Source: Ignavibacteria bacterium
Lineage (GTDB): Bacteria > Bacteroidota > Ignavibacteria > Tepidaquicellales > OLB5
Length of the DNA: 64,000 nt
Assembly (NCBI GenBank): GCA_041917655.1
Contig: JAYRXC010000003.1
Location: 70,264-134,263 of the forward strand
Reading direction: 5' to 3'
The notes under the pieces: generated by a model
Told to the model about the DNA's origin: nothing
What the model saw: only the letters and a program-made list of their open reading frames with translations
Database searches by the model: none
Part shown: positions 1 to 8,472 of the stretch, in pieces
How the letters are laid out: every line of letters starts with the position of its first letter
Numbering within the stretch: the stretch's first letter is position 1
Translations under genes and position numbers: made by a program

Positions 1-2
1 AA

Positions 3-1226
3 ACCAAAAAGCAGCTTGGAACGGAAATTCTGGATGGCATTAAGTTCGCACTTACCGAATACAGCAAAAATGCTCCGGTCAAAGTAACACTGGAAGTTAT
101 GGATACCAAACGTGACCCCATCGCGGCAAATGATTTGATACGCGGTTTTGGCGAAGATGAAGCTGTGATAGGCGTAATCGGACCAATATTCAGCAGTGAG
201 CTGAAAGAGGCTGCGCAGAACGGTCCGGAATTCAAAATGCCGATCATCTCTCCAACAGCAACCGGCGATGAACTTGCGGCTAACTATAATTATGTCTACC
301 AGCTTAATCCAAGCTACGAGGTTAGAGGCAAGCTAATGGCTGATTATCTAATCAAAGTGAATGGATTAAAGAACTTTGCTGTAATTTACGAAGAAACCTA
401 CGGCGATAACTTCAGGAAACACTTTGAAGATGAAGTGAAAACAATGGGCGGTAAGATACTCATAACGCAAAGCTACCCCAAAGACCCTAAAAGCATTACC
501 GATCAGATAAATGCCATCACAAAATATATCAGGGAAAACGACCTGTTTATTAATGCTGCTAACCTTAACCTTACGCAGCGCCAGAAGCTTGAATCTGCGG
601 GGGTAAGGTCAACTCTCATCGATTCCTCCGTAACTATGAATATGGATGTGAGTATCTATTATATGTTTGGCAAGAACGGCAAGAAAACAATAGATACGCT
701 TAATATGAAACCCTACAAACTGAAGCCGGAAACTACAAAGTTTGTACAGGGGGTGATCGATGCGATCTATATCCCGATCGCTAACCCCGGCGAGATCAAT
801 GTAATTGTTCCCCAGCTCTTTTCAGACGGGCTGAGCATGTATATAGCAGGCACCGGTGACTGGAATAACGAGAAGACACTTGAAGAGAACAAAGTATATC
901 TTAAGAATCTTGTGTTTGAATCAGAATATTTCACAGGCAGCGATGATTCCGATTTCAGCTCTCTGAAAGAAAGACTGAAGAAGTCAAAATTCAAGCTATC
1001 AAAGAATTTCCTTTTCGGGTATGATTCCGGCAAGCTGATATTTGACCTTATCGGCGGCGGGGCAAAAACACGGGAAGAGCTGAATACAGCGCTGAAAAAT
1101 CTTGTAAATTACGATGCAATAAAATCTAAAATTTCCTTAGATTACCACGGAATAAATTCCGAGCTAAACATCCTTCGTTATGAAGATGGCATAAGGCTGG
1201 TAGATACTTATAAACTTTCAAAATAA
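3..1226 (+). CDS. Periplasmic binding protein type-I family (LivK/Peripla_BP_6-like) solute-binding protein, 5' end off-window
   Basis: The frame is open from nt 3, upstream of the listed ATG at 99. It has family-typical blocks (VIGVIGPIFSSE, MPIISPTATGDEL, FAVIYEETYGDNF). No ABC permease or ATPase gene is adjacent. Confidence 0.65.
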   Translation, partial: TKKQLGTEILDGIKFALTEYSKNAPVKVTLEVMDTKRDPIAANDLIRGFGEDEAVIGVIGPIFSSELKEAAQNGPEFKMPIISPTATGDELAANYNYVYQLNPSYEVRGKLMADYLIKVNGLKNFAVIYEETYGDNFRKHFEDEVKTMGGKILITQSYPKDPKSITDQINAITKYIRENDLFINAANLNLTQRQKLESAGVRSTLIDSSVTMNMDVSIYYMFGKNGKKTIDTLNMKPYKLKPETTKFVQGVIDAIYIPIANPGEINVIVPQLFSDGLSMYIAGTGDWNNEKTLEENKVYLKNLVFESEYFTGSDDSDFSSLKERLKKSKFKLSKNFLFGYDSGKLIFDLIGGGAKTREELNTALKNLVNYDAIKSKISLDYHGINSELNILRYEDGIRLVDTYKLSK

Positions 1227-1230
1227 ATTA

Positions 1231-1941
1231 TTGCTGAAGATCCTTTTAATATCATTGCTGCTGCTTCCCGGGCTCGTCAGAGCGCAGTTCAACAAGCTGC
1301 CTGATGACCTGCCAAAAGAGCTTAATCAGAAGCAGTGGGAGATGGTTAGGGATTTCTATGCAGTCGAGGCGATAAAGCTGCTGGCCAGAATGGACACTTT
1401 AGCTCTGCAGATCGACAGCCTTAAGACACTAAATGCTGCCATTGACGCTTTTTCATGCGAAGATGAGCTTTATGCGATTGTCGGCGCAAGCCGCCAGCAG
1501 GTGAATGATTTCAGGATTAAATTTGATGAAGCCGAAAGGCTGATACAGAACCATTCTTCAACGCCGGACGCCGCTAGAAATGCATTTGCGGAACTGAAAG
1601 CTTCAAAGATAAGATGCCTGCCAGAGTTCAGCGACCGGTTCCTTAGCCTGCAAAAAAGAATAAACGAATATGGCACAGTAAATGATGTGCAGCTGCCAAA
1701 TACCGCTTCCGATTCATATACAGTAGCCAAAGGTGATTGCCTGTGGAAAATATCTCTGGAAAAATACGGCTCACGGTACTTGTGGCCAATCATCTGGGAA
1801 GCCAATAAAACGGAGATCCCGGACTCTTATTTAATATATCCGGGACAGGTACTCAAGATTCCGGCTATCAACACAGAAGAGCGGGAAAAGATGCTTAAAC
1901 GCTCTAAAGAGTTTCGCCGCACCCGGAAACTTGAACAATAG
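1231..1941 (+). CDS. Secreted coiled-coil / LysM peptidoglycan-binding protein (paralog 1)
   Basis: TTG start. Signal peptide LLISLLLLPGLVRA-QF. C-terminal LysM motif YTVAKGDCLWKISLEKYG...LIYPGQVLKIP. Shares the LYA(I/L)VG..DFR.KF.E and RCLPEF blocks with ORF 2406-3287. Confidence 0.8.
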   Translation: MLKILLISLLLLPGLVRAQFNKLPDDLPKELNQKQWEMVRDFYAVEAIKLLARMDTLALQIDSLKTLNAAIDAFSCEDELYAIVGASRQQVNDFRIKFDEAERLIQNHSSTPDAARNAFAELKASKIRCLPEFSDRFLSLQKRINEYGTVNDVQLPNTASDSYTVAKGDCLWKISLEKYGSRYLWPIIWEANKTEIPDSYLIYPGQVLKIPAINTEEREKMLKRSKEFRRTRKLEQ

Positions 1942-2040
1942 TGTATCCGGCACTGTATCAATTTTAGTACACCTGCTGTGTTTTTGCACTTTTTGCCTTA
2001 TAATCAACAAATCTGACTGTATAGTTTTTTAGAATTTCGC

Positions 2041-2069
2041 TTGACAAACAGAAACAAATAAGCTATATT
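2041..2069 (+). promoter_or_regulatory. Candidate strong promoter (TTGACA-N17-TATATT; the -10 also reads TATATTTG)
   Basis: TTGACA lies at 2041-2046, a 17-nt spacer follows, and TATATT is at 2064-2069. AGGAGG at 2114-2119 sits 7 nt upstream of the ATG at 2127. Confidence 0.5.
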
Positions 2070-2126
2070 TGTTCTGTTAATTAACCAATTTCAATAACAG
2101 CCAATAAAAATACAGGAGGTATTTCA

Positions 2127-2405
2127 ATGGCAAAGTTAAGAAGCAAGCTTTATATGCTCTTAATCGCTACAATGTTCACCGGATCAGCGTTCCTCGTTGG
2201 TTGCGGCGGCGGTGTAGACGAAGAGCAGATGGAAGCTTTAAACAACCTGAAAGCTGAAGTTGAAAGCTTACGCGCTCAGGTAAAAGGTAAGGAAGACGAA
2301 AAAGCTTCTTTACAGAAACAGATTTCAGATAAAGACGCAAAAATCAAAAAATGCAATGACGATATGGCAAAAACCAAGTCATGCGTAGACGGGATGGGTA
2401 AATAA
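2127..2405 (+). CDS. Small coiled-coil lipoprotein (Lpp-like architecture)
   Basis: Lipobox FLVGC-GGG. The mature part is about 67 aa, heptad-like and charged (LNNLKAEVESLRAQVKGKEDEKASLQKQISDKDAKIKK), and ends in Lys. Strong SD. The stop TAA abuts the next ATG (TAAATG). Confidence 0.7.
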   Translation: MAKLRSKLYMLLIATMFTGSAFLVGCGGGVDEEQMEALNNLKAEVESLRAQVKGKEDEKASLQKQISDKDAKIKKCNDDMAKTKSCVDGMGK

Positions 2406-3287
2406 ATGAAATTACATAAATTATTTATCTTATTCTTTTTAGCATTAGGTTTATCATTAAACAATGCTAACATTTTTGCACAGGATGATGACGATGATGA
2501 TGATGATGACGACCAGCAGATGGAAGAGATGGACGAAGAAGAGTGGCAGAGACAGATGGACGAACTCAACGCTGAAAAGTCAAACTTGACAACCAAGTTA
2601 GCTCAGTTAAACGGCGAGATCGACAACTTAAAAGGAACATCAGCTAACAAAGATAAAGAACTCGAAAAATGCGAGAACGATCTTTACGCTTTAGTTGGAA
2701 CAACAAAGAGCGGCGTTGCTGATTTCAGGAAGAAATTCGAAGAAACAGAGAAGAAGATCAACGGCAAAGTTGGAACACCGGCTGACGCACGTAAGATGTA
2801 CTTTGACGATATCACAAAAGACAAAGCTCGCTGCTTACCCGAATTCCAGGACAGGTATGCTTCTATGAAGAAGAAACTTGCTGACTGGGAAGGTACACCG
2901 GTTAACGAAGCTTGCTACACTGTTGTAAAAGGTGATTGCCTCTGGAAGATCTCCAAAATGAAATACGGTTCACCGTATTACTGGCCCGCAATTTGGGACG
3001 CTAACAAAAACGGCGTTGCAAATATGGACAAAGTAAAACCCAGGCACAAAAAAGTTACTAATCCTAACTTGATCTATCCTGGTCAGTGCTTAAAGATCCC
3101 CACACTCACCGACGCTCAGAAAAAAGAAGCTGAGATGAAGTCAAAGAAGTACAGAAAGACAAGAAAAGTAAAGAGCACAACAACCGACACCAAGAAAGAA
3201 GACGTAAAGAAGGACGAGAAGAAAGACGTTAAGAAAGATGAAAAGAAAGATGTAAAGAAAGATGAAAAGAAAGACGTTAAGAAATAA
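2406..3287 (+). CDS. Secreted coiled-coil / LysM peptidoglycan-binding protein (paralog 2) with a poly-Asp block and a basic KKDEKKDV-repeat tail
   Basis: Has a signal peptide, a D10 run and a coiled-coil segment. LysM motif YTVVKGDCLWKISKMKYG...LIYPGQCLKIP. C-terminal DVKKDEKK repeats. Confidence 0.8.
   Translation: MKLHKLFILFFLALGLSLNNANIFAQDDDDDDDDDDQQMEEMDEEEWQRQMDELNAEKSNLTTKLAQLNGEIDNLKGTSANKDKELEKCENDLYALVGTTKSGVADFRKKFEETEKKINGKVGTPADARKMYFDDITKDKARCLPEFQDRYASMKKKLADWEGTPVNEACYTVVKGDCLWKISKMKYGSPYYWPAIWDANKNGVANMDKVKPRHKKVTNPNLIYPGQCLKIPTLTDAQKKEAEMKSKKYRKTRKVKSTTTDTKKEDVKKDEKKDVKKDEKKDVKKDEKKDVKK
2484..2513 (+). repeat. (GAT/GAC)x10 trinucleotide run encoding Asp10
   Basis: Read directly: gat gat gac gat gat gat gat gat gac gac. 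Confidence 0.9.
3201..3284 (+). repeat. 24-bp tandem repeat, 3.5 units, encoding DVKKDEKK
   Basis: Units are at 3201-3224, 3225-3248 and 3249-3272, with a half unit at 3273-3284. Differences between units are synonymous third-position changes. Confidence 0.9.
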
Positions 3288-3334
3288 TTAACTGATTTCG
3301 CTTTACTTTGTCAAGTTTACAAAGTATTCTTCAG

Positions 3335-3372
3335 GCCCTTGGACTTCGGTTCAAGGGCTTGTTTATTTATCA
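3335..3372 (+). terminator. Rho-independent terminator
   Basis: The GCCCTTGGAC/GTTCAAGGGC stem (one G-U pair) closes a UUCG tetraloop and is followed by TTGTTTATTTAT. Confidence 0.8.
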
Positions 3373-3488
3373 GAACTTTTCAAATTAAAGAGCTTTTTGT
3401 TAATCAGAACTTTTTTCAGGCTGCTGAAGTTATCTAATACTCAGCCGGTAAACTACAGATCAAATAATCTAAATTAAAGCAATACGAA

Positions 3489-4589
3489 TTGGCAGTAACA
3501 GATAAAAACATTACTCTGGAAGGCATAGACCTGATGAATTTTGCAGGGGTCAACGAAAAGAATATTGACCTTTTGAGGGAACACTTTGCATCAAACATAA
3601 CTCTAAGGGGTGAGAATATCTTCCTCAAAGGCAGCGAAGAAGAGCTTGCAGTGATCGAAGTCATCACAAAAGAGCTAATGCTCCTGCAGAAACGCCAGGG
3701 AAAGATCACCGAAGGCGATGTACAACTAATTATTGAGCTGGTAACCGGCTCACAGGATTCTGCACTTGAAAAGCGCGTTGGTTTAAGGCGCGAAGAGCTG
3801 GATGATGTTATTCTTGTTGAAAAAAGCGATTACATAAAGCCTAAAACTATGGGACAGCTTGAGCTGTTCCGCAATACTAAAACAAATGAAATAGTATTCG
3901 CGATCGGACCCGCCGGTACAGGAAAAACCTACCTTGCGGTGGCTATTGCGCTTGCAGCGCTAAAGGCAAAAAAAGTTAACAGGATAGTACTTTCACGACC
4001 CGCAGTTGAAGCAGGCGAAAGCCTGGGATTTTTGCCGGGCGACCTTTCCGAAAAAGTGAATCCCTACCTTAAGCCGCTCTTTGACGCGCTGGAAGATATG
4101 GTGCCGAGAGAAAAGCTGGAAACGTATTTCGAAAGGAATATCATCGAGATCATACCTCTCGCTTATATGCGCGGCAGAACCCTTAACAACGCATTCCTCA
4201 TCCTTGACGAGGCGCAGAACGCTACTTCAATGCAAATGAAGATGTTCCTTACAAGGCTTGGGATAAATTCAAAATGCATAATTACTGGTGATATCACCCA
4301 GATCGATTTGCCGACCAAGCAGACTTCGGGGCTTGTGCAGATCCAGAACATTTTGAGAAATGTTGAGGGCGTGGCATTTGTTTATCTTGATAAGAAAGAC
4401 GTTGTAAGGCACAGGCTGGTGAAGGATATTATCAATGCTTACGAAGAATTTTCGGTAAAGAACGGTAATGGAATTGACCCGGGAAAAACCAATGGGGATG
4501 CCGGAAATGGCAGTATTAAGAATGCATCAGAAAAAGATAAGTTTAGCGCAAACAACAAGGATGAAAACAGCAAAGAGCTTGGTCAATAG
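3489..4589 (+). CDS. phoH: PhoH-family ATPase (PhoH/YbeZ)
   Basis: Walker A AIGPAGTGKTYLAVA. Also has the LILDEAQN and ITGDITQIDLP blocks. TTG start. Low-complexity C-terminal tail. Confidence 0.9.
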   Translation: MAVTDKNITLEGIDLMNFAGVNEKNIDLLREHFASNITLRGENIFLKGSEEELAVIEVITKELMLLQKRQGKITEGDVQLIIELVTGSQDSALEKRVGLRREELDDVILVEKSDYIKPKTMGQLELFRNTKTNEIVFAIGPAGTGKTYLAVAIALAALKAKKVNRIVLSRPAVEAGESLGFLPGDLSEKVNPYLKPLFDALEDMVPREKLETYFERNIIEIIPLAYMRGRTLNNAFLILDEAQNATSMQMKMFLTRLGINSKCIITGDITQIDLPTKQTSGLVQIQNILRNVEGVAFVYLDKKDVVRHRLVKDIINAYEEFSVKNGNGIDPGKTNGDAGNGSIKNASEKDKFSANNKDENSKELGQ

Positions 4590-5342
4590 GTAATGGTGCG
4601 TTTTCCTGTTGAGGTAAACACCCAGCCTTGCAGCCGGAATTGATGCAAGTATAACCGGGATACATGAAACTGTATCCACCATACCAAATGAATATGGTAT
4701 ATTCACTGACCCAGACGGCATGTTAATGAAATAACTTAATACCCCAGCAGCTGCTGTGATCAATATTGCAGCTGATGATGTTCCGATAGCTTTTTTGAAA
4801 GGTACTTTCATCAGGTAATGCATTAGCGGAATTACGAACACTCCCCCGCCAAGTCCCGAAAACGCTGCAATTGCCCCGCTCAGCGTTCCAATTCCGATGC
4901 AAATCCACATACTATATGATTCCGGTTCGCTTTTCTCTCTTTCCTCGTGGCTCTTCTTCCCGGTAAAAAGCATCTTTAAGGCAACAATAACCAGTACAAA
5001 CGAGAACACTTTTTTCAGAATATCCCCGGGTAACAGCACAGCAATTTTGGAAAACAGGAAAACAGTCACCGCGCTTGATAGCCCGATCACGAGAGCTTCC
5101 TTCCACTGTACGTTGCCATGCGAGAAATGTTTATGGGATGAGGAGAGGCTTGTGAATATGATGATGAAGAGACTTGATGCAATTGCGATATGAACCATGT
5201 AGGGTGAATCAAGATGAGTATAACCGTAAACAGCAATAAGCGAAGGAACTATGATAATTCCTCCGCCTACTCCGAATAATCCCGATAACACTCCTGCAGC
5301 AATGCCTATTGATAAAAGCAGGAGGATTATATCAATACTCAA
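4527..5342 (-). CDS. TauE/SafE (TSUP, DUF81) family membrane transporter
   Basis: Polytopic membrane protein with a duplicated GxGGG motif (LFGVGGGIIIVP, SGLGGGVFVIP), as is typical of the family. Confidence 0.8.
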   Translation of the reverse strand: MSIDIILLLLSIGIAAGVLSGLFGVGGGIIIVPSLIAVYGYTHLDSPYMVHIAIASSLFIIIFTSLSSSHKHFSHGNVQWKEALVIGLSSAVTVFLFSKIAVLLPGDILKKVFSFVLVIVALKMLFTGKKSHEEREKSEPESYSMWICIGIGTLSGAIAAFSGLGGGVFVIPLMHYLMKVPFKKAIGTSSAAILITAAAGVLSYFINMPSGSVNIPYSFGMVDTVSCIPVILASIPAARLGVYLNRKTHHYLLTKLFAVFILVVCAKLIFF

Positions 5343-5381
5343 TTATTCCCTTCATTAAAAGAAAGATGTTATTCATCCTGA

Positions 5382-7076
5382 TTATTTCGGTTCAAGCAAA
5401 CTGTTGTATAAACCCCTGTCTTTAATTATCCTTAAGGCTTCCTGGAGCTGGAGGTCATCCTTCAGTCCGGCTTCAACAACAAGCTTTTCAGGTTTATTAT
5501 ACCTGCGCAATATCTCAGCTTCAAGTTTTTGAGATATGACCGGTTTTGAGTTTTCGAAATCCTTAAACTTTTCAGTTTTCAGCTCACCTTCGAGAAGTGA
5601 AATGTAGCTTTTAACTTTTTCGGAATACATTTTATCTTCTGTATCCTTCTTAAGCTGTGCAAGCTCGCGCTCCGCATTTGTGTTAAAAGAAAAATCAGCG
5701 GTACTTATATAGCTCAGAAAGCCATTCAATACACCGTCATTCATTGTAAAATTGGATCCATCGGGATTTTCAGCGGTGTAAACTGCTGCGTATCTGTAAT
5801 ACATATCCTCATAGTTCAGGGCCTGCAGCAGCTCGTTATCTTTGATAACATCCACAACAAAATCTGGTGTTATACCGCCTTCTGTGAGCACTGTTCTGCC
5901 ATTAAGAGTCTTAAACTCCTTCTGGTTAAAGTACGGATTTGGTTTAAACACCCCGTATTTGTTTTCCTTGAAATAATTTTTTGACTGTATCCATCTGCCG
6001 CTGGGCGTAAAATACTTTTGGTTAGTGATCTTAAGCTGGTTGCCGAAGCTGAGTGGCTGAAACACCTGAACAAGTCCTTTTCCGAAAGACTTTGTACCCA
6101 CAAGCACCCCCCTGTCGAGGTCCTGTATTGCGCCTGCTACTATTTCGCTTGCAGAAGCTGAGCCCTCATCTATCAGAACAACCAGGGGCACATTTTTATC
6201 CAGCATTGGATTTTCCGTCGCGAAATATTTACGTTCTGAATCAAGCTTTCTGCCCTTGGTGGTAAGCAGCAGGTCACCTTTATTGTTAAATTTGTTTAAT
6301 ATTCCAATAGCTGCATCTAGCAAGCCGCCCGGGTTTCCTCTCAGGTCAAGTATCACGCCTCTAACATCGCCTTTGGCTTTGATCTCGGTAATAGCGTCAA
6401 TGATCTCGTTTTCAGCATAGCGGCTGAAACGGTCAAGCTTTATATAGCCGATTCCGTCCTCAATTGTACCCTTGTAGCTAACATTCTTAAGCTGAATTTC
6501 CTGCCTTGTCAAAGTAAAATCGAGTTCCTTTTCGCCTCTCAATACTTTTATCTTAAGCTGGGTGCCCGGTTCGCCGCGGGTATAAGTGCGTACGTCGCTT
6601 ACTTTTCTTCCAAGCATGCTTGAGCCGTCAATCTCAATTATCTTATCTCCCCTTCTTATGCCTTCCTTCTGCGCTGAATAACCTTCCAGTATATCGGTTA
6701 CGATAATTATGCTGTCTTTCATTCCCACTGTTATACCTACGCCGCCGTATTTACCTGTTGTGATTAGGTCTATCTCATCTTTTCGCGATTCATCAAGGAA
6801 GTTGGTATATGGGTCAAGAGTGCCAAGCATTCCTTCGATGCCAGCTTTCATGAACTTATCGCCGTCTATTTCGTCCACATAATCCAGCATAATCTCTTTA
6901 TAGAGCTTGCCGAACACATCCATGTTCTTGTTGATCTGTGTATAAACATCATCATCGCCATCTGCGCCCTTAAAGCCTGTCACAGAAAGGAATGTGGTGA
7001 AAATTAAAAGGAGGAAGAGCTTTTTGTAAATGTTTATTCTGCTCATGCGGAGTTTACTCATTTTGAGTTTATTCAT
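5382..7076 (-). CDS. Carboxy-terminal processing peptidase, family S41, with PDZ domain
   Basis: PDZ-like GYSAQKEGIRRGDKIIEIDG. S41 blocks LDLRGNPGGLL and VVLIDEGSASASEIVAGAIQD. Signal peptide present. The true start may be an internal Met (about 7046), which would avoid the overlap with tmk. Confidence 0.9.
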   Translation of the reverse strand: MNKLKMSKLRMSRINIYKKLFLLLIFTTFLSVTGFKGADGDDDVYTQINKNMDVFGKLYKEIMLDYVDEIDGDKFMKAGIEGMLGTLDPYTNFLDESRKDEIDLITTGKYGGVGITVGMKDSIIIVTDILEGYSAQKEGIRRGDKIIEIDGSSMLGRKVSDVRTYTRGEPGTQLKIKVLRGEKELDFTLTRQEIQLKNVSYKGTIEDGIGYIKLDRFSRYAENEIIDAITEIKAKGDVRGVILDLRGNPGGLLDAAIGILNKFNNKGDLLLTTKGRKLDSERKYFATENPMLDKNVPLVVLIDEGSASASEIVAGAIQDLDRGVLVGTKSFGKGLVQVFQPLSFGNQLKITNQKYFTPSGRWIQSKNYFKENKYGVFKPNPYFNQKEFKTLNGRTVLTEGGITPDFVVDVIKDNELLQALNYEDMYYRYAAVYTAENPDGSNFTMNDGVLNGFLSYISTADFSFNTNAERELAQLKKDTEDKMYSEKVKSYISLLEGELKTEKFKDFENSKPVISQKLEAEILRRYNKPEKLVVEAGLKDDLQLQEALRIIKDRGLYNSLLEPK

Positions 7077-7695
7077 TGGAAATATTAAGTTTCTTGTTTA
7101 CTGTTTTTTTGATCTCAAGGCCGATCTCTTCGATGGTAAGAGAACCCCTAATTACAACAAATCTTTTTTTATTATGGTTTGCTATATCTTTGAATCCTCT
7201 GTATACCTTATTATAAAATGCCAGATTTTTGTTTTCCATCCGGTCTTTTTCATTGCCGCGTTTGTGCGCTCTGCCAAATGCCGCCTTTGGTGCCAGATCA
7301 ATCAGGATCGTCATATCCGGCTTCAATCCCCCGGTTGCTATTCCATTAACTTTCATCACATCCTTAAGTTCCAGGCTGCCGCCGTATGATTGGTAAGCAG
7401 TTGAAGAATCATAATACCTGTCGCAAATTACCACATATCCTTTTTTCAGATGCGGCCTTACAACCTGGCTGATCAACTGCGATCTTGATGCAGAAAACAG
7501 CATGAATTCTGTAAGCGGAGTCATTTCAATGTGTTTGCGGTCAAGTATGATTTCCCGCACTTTCTCGGATATTTTCGTGCCGCCGGGCTCTCTCAAAAGC
7601 AGGCATTTTTTCCCGATCGATTTCAGGTATTCATAAAGCATCCTTGCCTGTGTGGATTTGCCTGAAAAATCAAGCCCTTCAAATGTAATAAACAT
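7069..7695 (-). CDS. tmk: dTMP (thymidylate) kinase
   Basis: N-terminal MFITFEGLDFSGKSTQ P-loop, plus the DRY..S..AYQ block. Confidence 0.9.
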   Translation of the reverse strand: MFITFEGLDFSGKSTQARMLYEYLKSIGKKCLLLREPGGTKISEKVREIILDRKHIEMTPLTEFMLFSASRSQLISQVVRPHLKKGYVVICDRYYDSSTAYQSYGGSLELKDVMKVNGIATGGLKPDMTILIDLAPKAAFGRAHKRGNEKDRMENKNLAFYNKVYRGFKDIANHNKKRFVVIRGSLTIEEIGLEIKKTVNKKLNISNE

Positions 7696-7820
7696 GCGAT
7701 TTCAATAATTTACCAATTTGGTACAGAATGTACAAATTAAGTAAATATATAGTTTAATTAAATTGACATTTTATGGTATGATTTAATTTCATATTTTACC
7801 GCACAAATAAAACTTCAAAT

Positions 7821-8360
7821 ATGGATAGACTGATCAAAATAGAGACAGCTTCTGATATTCCTGCAGAATACAAAGATACACCAATTGGCAATTTGCTGGA
7901 ATATCACAATCTTAAAAAGCCATTTGGCTCATATACCAGTGCGCAGCTGCTGATAGGGATGTGTATGGATAACCGCAAACACCTGAATGTGCCCGACAAC
8001 TTTGCCTTTGTGATCAGGGCTGGCGGTGCAAACCTTCGGTACAGCGAGTTCAAGGTTTCATTTGCTATCGCTGTCGGCGGTGCACAGCAAATTGCGCTCA
8101 TAGGCCATAACCATTGCGGTATGGTTAACCTGGCTTCTAAAAGAAGCACATTTGTTGATGGCATGGTTGAAAGAGCTGGATGGACAAAAGAACAGGCAGA
8201 AGAACAATTTATGAATTTTGCTCCCATGTTCGAGATCGGCAATGAAATTGATTTTATTCTAAGCGAAACTGTCCGCCTGCGCAAAAAATACCCGAAGATC
8301 AAAATTGCCCCGATGATGTACCTGGTTGAAGATAACAGGCTGTATCTGATAAGGGAATAA
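7821..8360 (+). CDS. Beta-class carbonic anhydrase-like protein
   Basis: CMDNR (CxDxR), FVIRAGGAN and GHNHCG (HxxCG) match the beta-CA zinc-ligand layout. Confidence 0.55.
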   Translation: MDRLIKIETASDIPAEYKDTPIGNLLEYHNLKKPFGSYTSAQLLIGMCMDNRKHLNVPDNFAFVIRAGGANLRYSEFKVSFAIAVGGAQQIALIGHNHCGMVNLASKRSTFVDGMVERAGWTKEQAEEQFMNFAPMFEIGNEIDFILSETVRLRKKYPKIKIAPMMYLVEDNRLYLIRE

Positions 8361-8472
8361 TATTTGGTATTAACTCTAACGCGGGGCAAACCCTTTAGGC
8401 GGGATTTCTCAATTGAAAACCTCTCCAATTTAAGGTATTTTCGTGAATTCCCATAATTTTTAACCACATTTA

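Noticed and set aside
3201-3284. Tandem 24-bp repeats as a possible CRISPR or minisatellite locus
   Set aside because: The repeats are contiguous with no spacers, in frame, and encode the DVKKDEKK tail of the LysM protein.
4527-4589. 63-bp convergent overlap between the phoH 3' end and the TauE-family gene 3' end
   Set aside because: It is probably real but uninformative. The PhoH tail is low-complexity and both stops are unambiguous. No structure or repeat is evident in the overlap.
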